A stretch of 44,006 nucleotides of DNA from Gemmatimonadota bacterium (GTDB taxonomy: Bacteria > Gemmatimonadota > Gemmatimonadetes > Longimicrobiales > RSA9), in assembly GCA_016207445.1 (NCBI GenBank), contig JACQPS010000270.1, forward strand, positions 1 to 44,006. The letters run 5' to 3'. The notes under the pieces were generated by a model that was not told where the DNA came from, did not search any database, and was given only the letters and a program-made list of their open reading frames with translations. Position numbers and translations under genes: made by a program. Positions 1 to 10,942 of this stretch are shown here, piece by piece (position 1 is the first letter of the stretch; each line of letters starts with the position of its first letter).

Positions 1-1
1 G

Positions 2-70
2 TTCGGGATCGCGATCGCCGGCGCGATCCTACTGCTGCTCGTCTACCGCATCCTGCTCTGGCGGCGATAA
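2..70 (+). CDS. 3' end of a small membrane protein (GlsB/YeaQ/YmgE-like C-terminal helix), truncated by window edge
   Basis: In-frame read FGIAIAGAILLLLVYRILLWRR* ending at TAA 68-70. Hydrophobic helix plus basic tail, GC-rich third positions. Confidence 0.4.
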   Translation, partial: FGIAIAGAILLLLVYRILLWRR

Positions 71-150
71 AGTTAACAGTTGACAGTTAACAGTTGACAG
101 TTTGCGATGCCATCGCGTGTGCGAGCTGTAAACCGTCAACTGTAAAATTT
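71..150. repeat. Family-1 heptad hairpin repeat (GTTAACA/GTTGACA units, inverted arms) between convergent genes
   Basis: 72-105 reads gttaac-a-gttgac-a-gttaac-a-gttgac-a-gtttgc. 125-150 carries the reverse-complement units (ctgtaaaccgtcaactgtaaaa). AT-rich island. Confidence 0.85.
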
Positions 151-166
151 GGCTTTCGACTGACCC

Positions 167-940
167 TCACCCCGACTCCAGCAACAGCCTCACCTCGTTC
201 GCGAGCGCCGCGTTGGTCGCGATGCCGTGGCCGCCGCGGTGCGTGCGGTGTCCGTCCCAATCGGTAAAGACGCCGCCGGCCTCCTCGATCACGGGGAGGA
301 GGGGCGCCGCGTCCCACGGCGCCAGGACGGGATCGACCATGACCTCGGCGCGGCCGGTGGCGACGAGCGCGTAGCCGTAGCAGTCTCCCCACGTGCGGAG
401 GAAGCGCGCAGCGGTGCGCAGCCGGTCCCAGCCGGCGCCGTGGCCGTGGGTCTCCACGCTCTCGGCGTCGGTGGTCAGCACGACGGCGTCCTCCAGTCGA
501 GTGACGTCGGACACGAGCGCACGGCGCCCGTTCCACCAGCAGCCGAGGCCGCGGGCCGCGTACACGGTCTCATCCAGCGCGGGGAAGTGCAGCACGCCGA
601 GCATGGCCTCCTCGCGCTCTTCCAGCGCGACCAGCACGCCGTAGAAGGGGACGCCGCGCAGGAACGAGCGCGTGCCGTCGATCGGGTCCAGGAGCCAGCG
701 ACGCCCCGCATCGGGTCGGGCGGCGCCATACTCCTCGCCCAGAATACCGTCGTGGGGAAAGCGGGTCGCGATCAGGTCGCGCGCGAGCCGCTCCGCTTCG
801 CGATCGGCGACGGTGACGGGCGACTCGTCCGGCTTCGTCTCGGCCGCGATGCCGGTCTGGTAGTGCGCGAGCGTGACGCGGCCGGCGCGCCACGCCACCT
901 CGACGGCGAACTCCAGAAGCTGCGAGAGGGACTCGCTCAT
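167..940 (-). CDS. Inositol monophosphatase family protein (possibly histidinol-phosphatase HisN type)
   Basis: 257 aa ORF with the WLLDPIDGTRSF (DPIDGT) and APWDAAP (WD-x-AA) motifs typical of the IMPase fold. Confidence 0.85.
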   Translation of the reverse strand: MSESLSQLLEFAVEVAWRAGRVTLAHYQTGIAAETKPDESPVTVADREAERLARDLIATRFPHDGILGEEYGAARPDAGRRWLLDPIDGTRSFLRGVPFYGVLVALEEREEAMLGVLHFPALDETVYAARGLGCWWNGRRALVSDVTRLEDAVVLTTDAESVETHGHGAGWDRLRTAARFLRTWGDCYGYALVATGRAEVMVDPVLAPWDAAPLLPVIEEAGGVFTDWDGHRTHRGGHGIATNAALANEVRLLLESG

Positions 941-943
941 TCT

Positions 944-997
944 AGTTCAAAGTTGAAAGTTGAAGGTACTTTCGACTTTCGACTTTCAACTTTTGAC
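944..997. repeat. Heptad hairpin repeat, variant unit AGTTGAA / TTTCGAC, overlapping the stop codon of the symporter gene
   Basis: agttcaaagttgaaagttgaagg-tac-tttcgactttcgactttcaacttttgac. Imperfect inverted repeat of 7-nt units. Confidence 0.8.
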
Positions 998-2224
998 CCC
1001 CACCCGCGCCAGTACCGTCGCCGCCGTCAGTTGCCCACTGACGTTGGCGGTGGTCCGGAACATGTCGGGGACGACGTCGACACCCAGGAGCAGTCCGGCG
1101 CCCTCCACCGGCACGCCCGCCGCGAGCAGCGCGGGCACCATCACGAGAATCGAGCCGCCGGGGATGCCGGGCACGCCGAACGAGACGACCACCGCGGTCG
1201 CGGCCGCGCCCACGAGCTCGGGCGCGGCGAGCGTGACGCCGTAGAGCCGGGCGCTGAACAGCACGCCCGTCATGATGCCGATTGCGCTGCCGATGCGGAA
1301 GAGCGACACGGTGATGGGCAGGAATACACCCGAGACCTCGCGCGGCAGCGCCAGCCGCTCCTCGGCTGCCTGGATCATGACCGGAAGCGAGGCCAGCGAC
1401 GAGCGCGAGCTCATGGCGACCGCCTGCGCCGGTGCGGCTGCACGCGCGAAGCGGCGCAGCGACACGCGCCCGCCCACGACGGCGACCGGGTAGAGCCCCG
1501 CAGTCGCGACGGTGCACAGCGCGCTCACGAGCGCGATGTAGTACAGGATCGCGCCCGCGGCACCGGCACCGAAACGGGTGGCGAGCGGCAGCGCCAGCGC
1601 GAACACGCCCACGGGCGCGGCGGCGAGCACCCAGCGCACGAGGGTGAAGAACGCGTCGGCCACGCCCTGGATCGCGCGCAGCACCGGCTCGCGTCGCGCT
1701 TCCGGTACACGCATCAGCGCGAGCCCGAACGCGAGCGAGGCGACGATCAGCGGCAGGATCGCACCGTCGGCCGCAGCCTTCACCGGGTTCGCCGGGACGA
1801 GCCCCACCAGCCAGTCGCGCAGCGTCGGCAGCTGGCGCGCGCCCTCGACGGCCGTGCGCTGCGCGTCGGCCGCGCTGGCGCGCAGCGCGGCCGCGGCCTC
1901 GGGGTCGACCGGCAGCCAGGCCAGGACGGGCGGCGCGATCAGCGTCGCGAGCAGCGCGCCTGCCGCCGTCAGCGCGAGGAAGAGCACGACGGCCGCGCCG
2001 CCCACGCGGCCGAGCCGACGCCCCCGCGCCGAGGCGACGCCCGCCACCAGCGTGGCCACGACCAGCGGGATGACGGTCATGCGGATGGCATTCACCCAGA
2101 GCGTGCCGAACGGCTCGATCCAGGAGACGGCGCGCAACAGCGTGGGGTGGTCCGCCGCCGCGACGAGTGCTCCCAGGAGGAATCCGGCGCCGAGGCCGAC
2201 GAGCACGCGCGCGGCGAGTCCCAT
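986..2224 (-). CDS. Dicarboxylate/amino acid:cation symporter (DAACS, GltP/DctA family)
   Basis: Multi-TM protein with DAACS-like stretches (FGTLWVNAIRMTVIPLVV, AMSSRSSLASLP, VVPDMFRTTANVSG). Start moved to ATG 2224 (MGLAARVLVGLG); the upstream extension is Arg/Ala-rich non-membrane sequence. Confidence 0.85.
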   Translation of the reverse strand: MGLAARVLVGLGAGFLLGALVAAADHPTLLRAVSWIEPFGTLWVNAIRMTVIPLVVATLVAGVASARGRRLGRVGGAAVVLFLALTAAGALLATLIAPPVLAWLPVDPEAAAALRASAADAQRTAVEGARQLPTLRDWLVGLVPANPVKAAADGAILPLIVASLAFGLALMRVPEARREPVLRAIQGVADAFFTLVRWVLAAAPVGVFALALPLATRFGAGAAGAILYYIALVSALCTVATAGLYPVAVVGGRVSLRRFARAAAPAQAVAMSSRSSLASLPVMIQAAEERLALPREVSGVFLPITVSLFRIGSAIGIMTGVLFSARLYGVTLAAPELVGAAATAVVVSFGVPGIPGGSILVMVPALLAAGVPVEGAGLLLGVDVVPDMFRTTANVSGQLTAATVLARVGVKS

Positions 2225-2330
2225 GCCGCGCTCAGCGCGAAGGCACGGGCGCGGACGCGGGAACGCGCTGGGACTGCCTCGGCGCGCTGCGCATGCGGCT
2301 CGGGAAGTGGAAGGAAGGAAAGCGCGGCCT

Positions 2331-2374
2331 GAAAGAAGGGCCGCGGCCCGGGCAAGCTTCACCCGCGGCCGCGG
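2331..2374 (-). terminator. Candidate intrinsic terminator after the small ORF 2411-2533
   Basis: GC stem ccgcggcccggg / cccgcggccgcgg (one bulge) with a 9-nt loop. On the minus strand it is followed by CCCTTCTTTC. Confidence 0.3.
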
Positions 2375-2410
2375 TTTGGCAAGAGCTGCTACTGCGGGGT
2401 GGTGGGTGGG

Positions 2411-2533
2411 TTACGCAAGCACCTGCGCGACCTGGGACAGCAGGGTCGCGATCACTGCCAGATACAGGAAGCCGACGCCGACCACCTCGGCGATCACGGC
2501 CACCTTCTCGTTCACCGTCGCACGCACGCTCAT
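2411..2533 (-). CDS. Small hypothetical membrane protein (40 aa), absent from the ORF track
   Basis: ATG 2533 preceded by GAGGA six nt upstream. Translation MSVRATVNEKVAVIAEVVGVGFLYLAVIATLLSQVAQVLA*, one TM helix. About 34 of 40 codons end in G/C. Confidence 0.5.
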   Translation of the reverse strand: MSVRATVNEKVAVIAEVVGVGFLYLAVIATLLSQVAQVLA

Positions 2534-2939
2534 GGCTTTTCCTCACGCTTTGCGGCCGGGGCCGCGGAAAACGGTTCGTTCGCGACTGCCGTCTGCTGCT
2601 GCACCCCTTACGGAGTGGGGGGTGGAAGAGTTTCAACCTCGGCGCGACCATCACGGCGAGCCCGACGCCAGGCGCGCCTGTCACATGGACGGTGCCGCCG
2701 GCTCCTGCCGTCGGCCCTGCTGGGCAGGACGGCGCGGGCGGCGGGCCTTTCATCGCCGTCAGCGCCCGTCACACCGATCGCCTTCTACCGATTGGACAGC
2801 CGTGGCGGGCCGGAGGGTTGCACGGCGCCCGGCTTTTCCCCGGCGGCCGCGCGCGCCAGATTGCCCGCGTGGCGGCCGACCCCGGGACGGGCAGCGGGGT
2901 ACAGGCAGTGTAGCTTCCAGCCCAGCAACGACTTCGCGA

Positions 2940-5870
<2,931 letters not shown>

Positions 5871-5878
5871 CATGCGGT

Positions 5879-5952
5879 TTCACGCGGAGCCGCGGAGAGC
5901 ACCAAGAGAAATTTCCATTCGGTTCTCCGTCTCCTCTGCGTCTCCGCGTGAG
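5879..5952. repeat. Family-2 hairpin element (74 bp, TTCACGCG...CGCGTGAG ends, CGCGGAG sub-repeats) downstream of uvrA
   Basis: ttcacgcggagccgcggagagcacc ... ggttctccgtctcctctgcgtctccgcgtgag; imperfect inverted repeat. Confidence 0.75.
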
Positions 5953-5994
5953 ATTTAAGTCGTGTAGTTGCAGCACGCTGGTCATTCGCGCGGC

Positions 5995-6024
5995 TTGACG
6001 AACCCCCGCGTTCGCCGGTATTCT
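5995..6024 (+). promoter_or_regulatory. Possible sigma70-type promoter for the M16 peptidase operon
   Basis: TTGACG (5995-6000), 18-nt spacer, TATTCT (6019-6024), about 40 nt upstream of ATG 6066. By-eye match only. Confidence 0.25.
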
Positions 6025-6065
6025 CAAGCGCCCGCCGAAGCTGGACCATTTTTCCGGAGCTTCCC

Positions 6066-7439
6066 ATGCGATACTGCCGGCACGGCGCCGTCGTCCTGAG
6101 CCTGCTCGCCCTGGCCGCGCCCGCAGCGGCGCAGGAGGCGCCGCCCATCGCCTACGAGACGTTCACGCTCGAGAACGGCCTCCGCTTCATCGTGCACGAA
6201 GACCACTCCACGCCCGTGGTGGCCGTGGACGTGTGGTACGACGTGGGCAGCGCGCACGAGCCGGCGGGCCGCACCGGCTTCGCGCACCTGTTCGAGCACA
6301 TGCTCTTCCAGGAGACGAAGAATCTGAAGAAAGGCGAGTTCGACCGTCTGGTCCGGAGCGCGGGCGGCACGCTGAACGGGACGACGAGCGAGGATCGGAC
6401 CGCCTACTTCGAGACGCTGCCGTCGAACCGGATCAACCTGGCGCTCTGGCTCGAGGCCGAGCGCATGGCGCAACTCGCCGTGACGCAGCAGAACTTCGAG
6501 CGGGAGCGCGAGGTGGTGAAGGAGGAGCGGCGGCTGCGCGTGGAGAACCAGCCGTATGGCGAGTCCTTCATGGTGCGGGATTCGGTGGCGAACGACTACC
6601 AGCCGTACAACCATCACCCGATCGGCAGCATGGCCGACCTGGACGCCGCCACGCCCGACGACGTGCACGCGTTCTATAAGCAGTTCTATGTGCCGAACAA
6701 CGCGACCATCGTCGTGGCGGGCGATGTCGACGTCCCGCAGGTGAAGGAGCTCGCCGGGCAGTACTTCGGCTGGATCCCGCGCGGGCTGGAGCGCGCGCCG
6801 CTCCCCGAGCCGCCGCCGGTGCCACGCCTGGACGGCGAGCGGCGCGTCACCGTCGAGGACAAGCTCGCCAACACCCCGCTCTTCCAGTCCGCGTACACGA
6901 TCCCGGGCCACGGCCACCCGGACACGTACGCGCTGCAGTTGCTCACGAGCATCTTCGGCGAGGGCGAATCCAGCCGGCTGCACCAGCGGTTGGTCAAGGA
7001 CGAGAAGGCGGCGCTGGGTATCTTCTCCGGCTCGAACAGCCGCATCGGACCCGGCCTCTTCTACCTGATCGCGCTGCCGAACCAGGGCGTCCCGATCGAG
7101 CGCATCGAGGCGCTGATCAATGACGAAGTCGAAAAGCTGATCCGGGAAGGCGTGCCCGAGCGGGAGCTGCGGAAGGCGAAGAACCAGCTCCGGGCAGGGA
7201 TGGTGATGGACCGACTGCGCGTGCAGTCCAAGGCGGAGGCGCTCCACCACTACCGGCTGCTGCACGGTGACGTCGCTCAGGTCAACACCGATCTGGACCG
7301 GTACACGGCGGTCACGCCCGCGCAGATCGTGGAGGCCGCCCGCAAGTATCTGGCGCCGGCGAACCGAACGGTGGTGATCGTGCTTCCAGCGCAAAAGGCC
7401 GCGGCGGCGGGGGCGACCCCGATGCCGGCGGGGAAGTGA
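6066..7439 (+). CDS. M16 family zinc peptidase (pitrilysin/insulinase-like, catalytic subunit), secreted
   Basis: Signal peptide, then HxxEH zinc motif in FAHLFEHMLFQ. GGAG upstream of the ATG. Confidence 0.9.
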   Translation: MRYCRHGAVVLSLLALAAPAAAQEAPPIAYETFTLENGLRFIVHEDHSTPVVAVDVWYDVGSAHEPAGRTGFAHLFEHMLFQETKNLKKGEFDRLVRSAGGTLNGTTSEDRTAYFETLPSNRINLALWLEAERMAQLAVTQQNFEREREVVKEERRLRVENQPYGESFMVRDSVANDYQPYNHHPIGSMADLDAATPDDVHAFYKQFYVPNNATIVVAGDVDVPQVKELAGQYFGWIPRGLERAPLPEPPPVPRLDGERRVTVEDKLANTPLFQSAYTIPGHGHPDTYALQLLTSIFGEGESSRLHQRLVKDEKAALGIFSGSNSRIGPGLFYLIALPNQGVPIERIEALINDEVEKLIREGVPERELRKAKNQLRAGMVMDRLRVQSKAEALHHYRLLHGDVAQVNTDLDRYTAVTPAQIVEAARKYLAPANRTVVIVLPAQKAAAAGATPMPAGK

Positions 7440-7449
7440 GGAGACTCTC

Positions 7450-9738
7450 ATGAGACTGCGTACGATTGCGCCCCTGGTCCTCGCCGCGCTCGCGGCGTGT
7501 GGCGGACGTCAGCCGGTCGAGGAGCCGCCGCCGCCGCCGCTTCCGCCGCCCGCGGTGGAGGAGGCGAAGCTGCCGGCGGAACCGCCGGTCGCGCTCCCGC
7601 TTGAGGCGGTGGCGTTCCCGGCGTTTCACGAACGCACGCTCGCGAACGGTGCGCAGGTCATCATCGTGGAGAATCACGAGCAGCCGGTCGTCACGGTGGA
7701 CCTGCGGCTGCGCACCGGCAGCAGCGCGGATCCCAGGGACAAGCCGGGCGTGGCCGAGCTGACGACCGGAGTTCTGGACAAGGGCACGAAGACGCGCAGC
7801 TCGAAACAGATCGCCGAGACGATCGATTTCGTGGGCGGATCTCTGAGCGTCGGCTCGAGCGCGGACTGGAGCAGCGCGAGCGCGACCGTGCTCACCGCGT
7901 TTCTGGATACTGCGCTGGTTCTGCTGAGCGACGTCGTGCTGAACCCTGCGTTCCCGGATGATGAGCTCGAGAACTACCGCCAGCGCACGTTGACCGCCCT
8001 GCAGGTGCTGCTCAGCCAACCCGGCGCGCTGGCCGATCGGCGCTTCTTTCAGGAGGTCTACGGCGAGCACCCGTACGGAAGACAACCGACGCCCGAGTCC
8101 GTGAAGGCGATCAAGCGGTCCGACCTCGTCGCCTTCCATCAGCGGGCGTTCCGGCCCGGCAACGCGCTCTTCGTGATCGCCGGCGACGTGAACCCGGACG
8201 AGATCGTGGTGCGCCTGAACCAGCATTTCGGCGGCTGGCGGGCGGGCGCCGCGGCGCGACCGGTCATGACGGCGGCGAAGGAACGGGCGCAGCAGGAGGT
8301 AGTGTTCGTCCACAGGCCGGGCGCGGTGCAGGCGGTGATGCGCGTCGGTCACGTGGTCGAGCCCGCCACGAACCCGGACTGGGTCGCGCTCGATGTGGCG
8401 CTCCAGGTGCTGGGCGGCGGCTCCACCGGCTGGGTGAACCAGGTGCTGCGCGAGCAGAAGGGATACACCTACGGCGCCTCGGCCGCGGCGGACAAGCGGC
8501 TGGACCGCGGCCATTTCGTCGCGCGCACGGAAGTGCGTAACGAGAAAGCGGACAGCGCGCTGGCCGAGCTGCTCGCGCTGATCCGCAAGATGCGCGAGGA
8601 GCCCGTGCCCGCGGCCGACCTCGCGCTGGCCAAGGACTTCATGACCGGCTCCTTCCCCCTGCGCATCGAGACGCCGCAGCAGATCGCCGGCCAGGTCGCG
8701 AGCACGCGCCTGCTCGGTCTGCCCGCCGACTACCTCGAGAAGTACCGCGAGCGCGTGGCCGCCGTCACGGCGGAGGACGTGCAGCGCGTCGCGCGCACGC
8801 ACCTGCATCCGGACCAGGCCGTCATCGTCGTGGTCGGCGACGCGGCGCAGTTGCATGACAAGCTCTCGGCGGTGTTCGAGGGCAGCGCGCTGCGCGCGGC
8901 GACGCCGGCGCCCGCACCCGCGCCGGGCGCCGAGCCCGCGGCGGCGGTGCCTGCAGGCGCGGCGGCGGCCACGCCGGCGCCGGCAGGTGCAGCGGCGGCG
9001 CCGGGAGCTGCGCCCGCGGCGGCCGCGGCCGAGAAGCGCGTGCCGGTCAAGATCTCGCTCTACGATCCGGCAGGGAAGCCACTGGCGCTCAAGGACGTCG
9101 TCGCCAAGAAGGTGGTGATGAAGTTCGACGGCCGCTCGATTCAGCCGGGCGAGCGCACGTACGTGCTGAAGTTCCAGGGCAACCCGGTGGGCGAGTCGGT
9201 GGCGTCGATCACGCGCGAGCAGGTGGGCGGGAAGGACCTGATTCGCTCCGTCAGCAAGATCGGCGGCGTGATCGCGGTCGAGGCCGAGGTCGTGTTCGAG
9301 GCGCCGGACTTCACGCCCGTTTCGGCCCGCTTCAAGGGCGGCCGCATGGCCGAGGCCGAGTTCCACTACCAGGCCGGGCGCGCCGTCGGCGAGATCGCGG
9401 AGACGCAGGGCGAGAAGAAGCCGGTGGACCTGGCGCTCCCCGAAGGCGCGCTCTTCCCCGGCATGGACGAGTTCGCGCTCGCGGTCACGGACCTCGAGCG
9501 GCACCGCGAGTTCGAGCTGCCGGTGCTCGAGCCGACGGGCAGCGTGACGACCGTCGCGGTCAAGGTCGTGGGCGAGACCACGGTCGAAGTGCCCGCCGGC
9601 AAGTTCGAGGTGTACGAGGTCGAGATGTCGGGCCCGCAGAGCATGCGCGCCTACGTGCGCAAGGCGGCGCCGCACATTCTCGTGAAGCAGGAGCTGCTGG
9701 GCGCGCCCATCGTGATCGAGCTGAAGCAAGGGTCCTGA
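7450..9738 (+). CDS. M16 family peptidase-like lipoprotein (no HxxEH) fused via an Ala/Pro-rich linker to a C-terminal domain of about 230 aa with unknown function
   Basis: Lipobox LAALAACGG. M16 N and C domain layout without a zinc motif. Linker about 8896-9040 (AATPAPAPAPGAEPAAAVPAGAAAATPAPAGAAAAPGAAPAAAAA), then a beta-rich domain. GAGGAG RBS. Confidence 0.85.
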   Translation: MRLRTIAPLVLAALAACGGRQPVEEPPPPPLPPPAVEEAKLPAEPPVALPLEAVAFPAFHERTLANGAQVIIVENHEQPVVTVDLRLRTGSSADPRDKPGVAELTTGVLDKGTKTRSSKQIAETIDFVGGSLSVGSSADWSSASATVLTAFLDTALVLLSDVVLNPAFPDDELENYRQRTLTALQVLLSQPGALADRRFFQEVYGEHPYGRQPTPESVKAIKRSDLVAFHQRAFRPGNALFVIAGDVNPDEIVVRLNQHFGGWRAGAAARPVMTAAKERAQQEVVFVHRPGAVQAVMRVGHVVEPATNPDWVALDVALQVLGGGSTGWVNQVLREQKGYTYGASAAADKRLDRGHFVARTEVRNEKADSALAELLALIRKMREEPVPAADLALAKDFMTGSFPLRIETPQQIAGQVASTRLLGLPADYLEKYRERVAAVTAEDVQRVARTHLHPDQAVIVVVGDAAQLHDKLSAVFEGSALRAATPAPAPAPGAEPAAAVPAGAAAATPAPAGAAAAPGAAPAAAAAEKRVPVKISLYDPAGKPLALKDVVAKKVVMKFDGRSIQPGERTYVLKFQGNPVGESVASITREQVGGKDLIRSVSKIGGVIAVEAEVVFEAPDFTPVSARFKGGRMAEAEFHYQAGRAVGEIAETQGEKKPVDLALPEGALFPGMDEFALAVTDLERHREFELPVLEPTGSVTTVAVKVVGETTVEVPAGKFEVYEVEMSGPQSMRAYVRKAAPHILVKQELLGAPIVIELKQGS

Positions 9739-9748
9739 GCCCGCAGGT

Positions 9749-10765
9749 ATGCCCCGGGTCTCCATCCTGCTCCCCTGCCGCAATGCAGAGGAGCACCTGC
9801 CCGAAGCCATCGCGTCCCTCGCGGCGCAGACGTTCCGCGACTTCGAGGTCGTGGCCGTGGATGACGGCTCCGCCGACGGCACGTTCGCGGAGCTGTTCAC
9901 GTGGGCGCAGCACGATGGACGCGTCCGGGTGCTGCGCACCGGTGCATCGGCACGGGGCGCCGGGCTGGTCCCCGCCCTGGCCACGGCGCTGTCGGGCGCG
10001 CGCGGCGAGCTGGTCGCCCGCATGGACGCGGACGACATCGCGGAGCCGGAGCGACTGGCCAAGCAGGTCGCACTGCTCGATCAGCGTCCGGGCATCGCTG
10101 CCTGCGGCACCGGCGTCCGCTACTTTCCGCGCGAGCACGTGCGCGGCGGCGCCCGGCGCTACGAGCGCTGGCTGAACGCGCTGGTCGAGCCGGACGAGAT
10201 CGCGCGCGACATCTTCGTCGAGTGCCCCATCGCGCACCCTACCCTCGTGGTGCGGCGCGCGGCGCTGCTCGCCGTGGGCGGATACCGCGACCTGGACTGG
10301 CCCGAAGACTACGACCTCATCCTGCGTCTCTGGGCGTCCGGTTACCGTCTGGCGAAGGTCCCCGACGTCCTGCACCACTGGCGCGACCGCAGCACGCGCG
10401 CCTCGCGCACCGATCGCCGCTACTCGCCCGCTGCGTTTCGCCGCTGCAAGGTGCACTTTCTCCGCCGCACGCTGCTGGCCGGCCGCGAGGGTGCCGTGGT
10501 CTGGGGCGCCGGCCCGGTCGGGAAGAGCTTCGCGCGCGAGCTCGCGCGGCAGGGGGTGACGTTACGCGCGTTCGTGGATCTGGACCGCCGCAAGATCGGC
10601 CAGACCATACACGGTGCGCCGGTGATCACCCCCGCCGAGATCGACCGGTTCCGGAGCGCGGTCGCGCTCGCCGCCGTGGGCTCGCCCGGCGCGCGCGAGC
10701 AGATCCGCGGCGAGCTTCGGCAGCGCGGTTGGAAGGAGCTGGAGGATTTCTGCGCCGTGGCATGA
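9749..10765 (+). CDS. Glycosyltransferase family 2 protein with C-terminal Rossmann-like (GxGxxG) extension
   Basis: N-terminus VSILLPCRNAEEHLPEAIASLAAQTFRDFEVVAVDDGSADGT and DADD motif. C-terminus VVWGAGPVGKSFARELARQGVTLRAFVDLD. Confidence 0.85.
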   Translation: MPRVSILLPCRNAEEHLPEAIASLAAQTFRDFEVVAVDDGSADGTFAELFTWAQHDGRVRVLRTGASARGAGLVPALATALSGARGELVARMDADDIAEPERLAKQVALLDQRPGIAACGTGVRYFPREHVRGGARRYERWLNALVEPDEIARDIFVECPIAHPTLVVRRAALLAVGGYRDLDWPEDYDLILRLWASGYRLAKVPDVLHHWRDRSTRASRTDRRYSPAAFRRCKVHFLRRTLLAGREGAVVWGAGPVGKSFARELARQGVTLRAFVDLDRRKIGQTIHGAPVITPAEIDRFRSAVALAAVGSPGAREQIRGELRQRGWKELEDFCAVA

Positions 10766-10767
10766 TG

Positions 10768-10920
10768 TTCACCGCGGAGGCCGCGGAGAGCGCGGAGATC
10801 GCCATCGCGGAGAACCGAGCGGTACCGGGAGCCCAACTTCGAAAATTGACGTTTTGAATTTCGTTGCGTCTGCGGATTGGCGACAAAGGTCTCCGCGGTC
10901 TTTGCGTGCTCTGCGGTGAA
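10768..10920. repeat. Family-2 element, full-length copy (153 bp between TTCACCGC and GCGGTGAA ends)
   Basis: Left arm ttcaccgcggaggccgcggagagcgcggagatcgcc, right arm ggcgacaaaggtctccgcggtctttgcgtgctctgcggtgaa, AT-rich core cttcgaaaattgacgttttgaatttcg. Confidence 0.8.
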
Positions 10921-10942
10921 ATTCTTGACGCTGGAGGCTGCC

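Noticed and set aside
227-2332. 701-aa plus-strand ORF spanning the IMPase and symporter region
   Set aside because: The composition is extremely Arg/Gly/Ala/Asp-rich and it is antisense to two genes with clear family motifs. This is the typical shadow ORF of GC-rich DNA.
1578-2939. N-terminal extension of about 450 aa on the uvrA ORF (track ORF 1578-5870)
   Set aside because: The extension is antisense to the symporter, low-complexity (Ser/Ala/Arg/Thr) and has no UvrA similarity. UvrA homology begins at GTG 2940.
6024-10062. Long minus-strand ORFs (6024-7451, 7312-10062) opposite the M16 genes
   Set aside because: Arg/His/Leu/Asp-rich nonsense composition, antisense to genes with HxxEH and M16 layout. 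Shadow ORFs.
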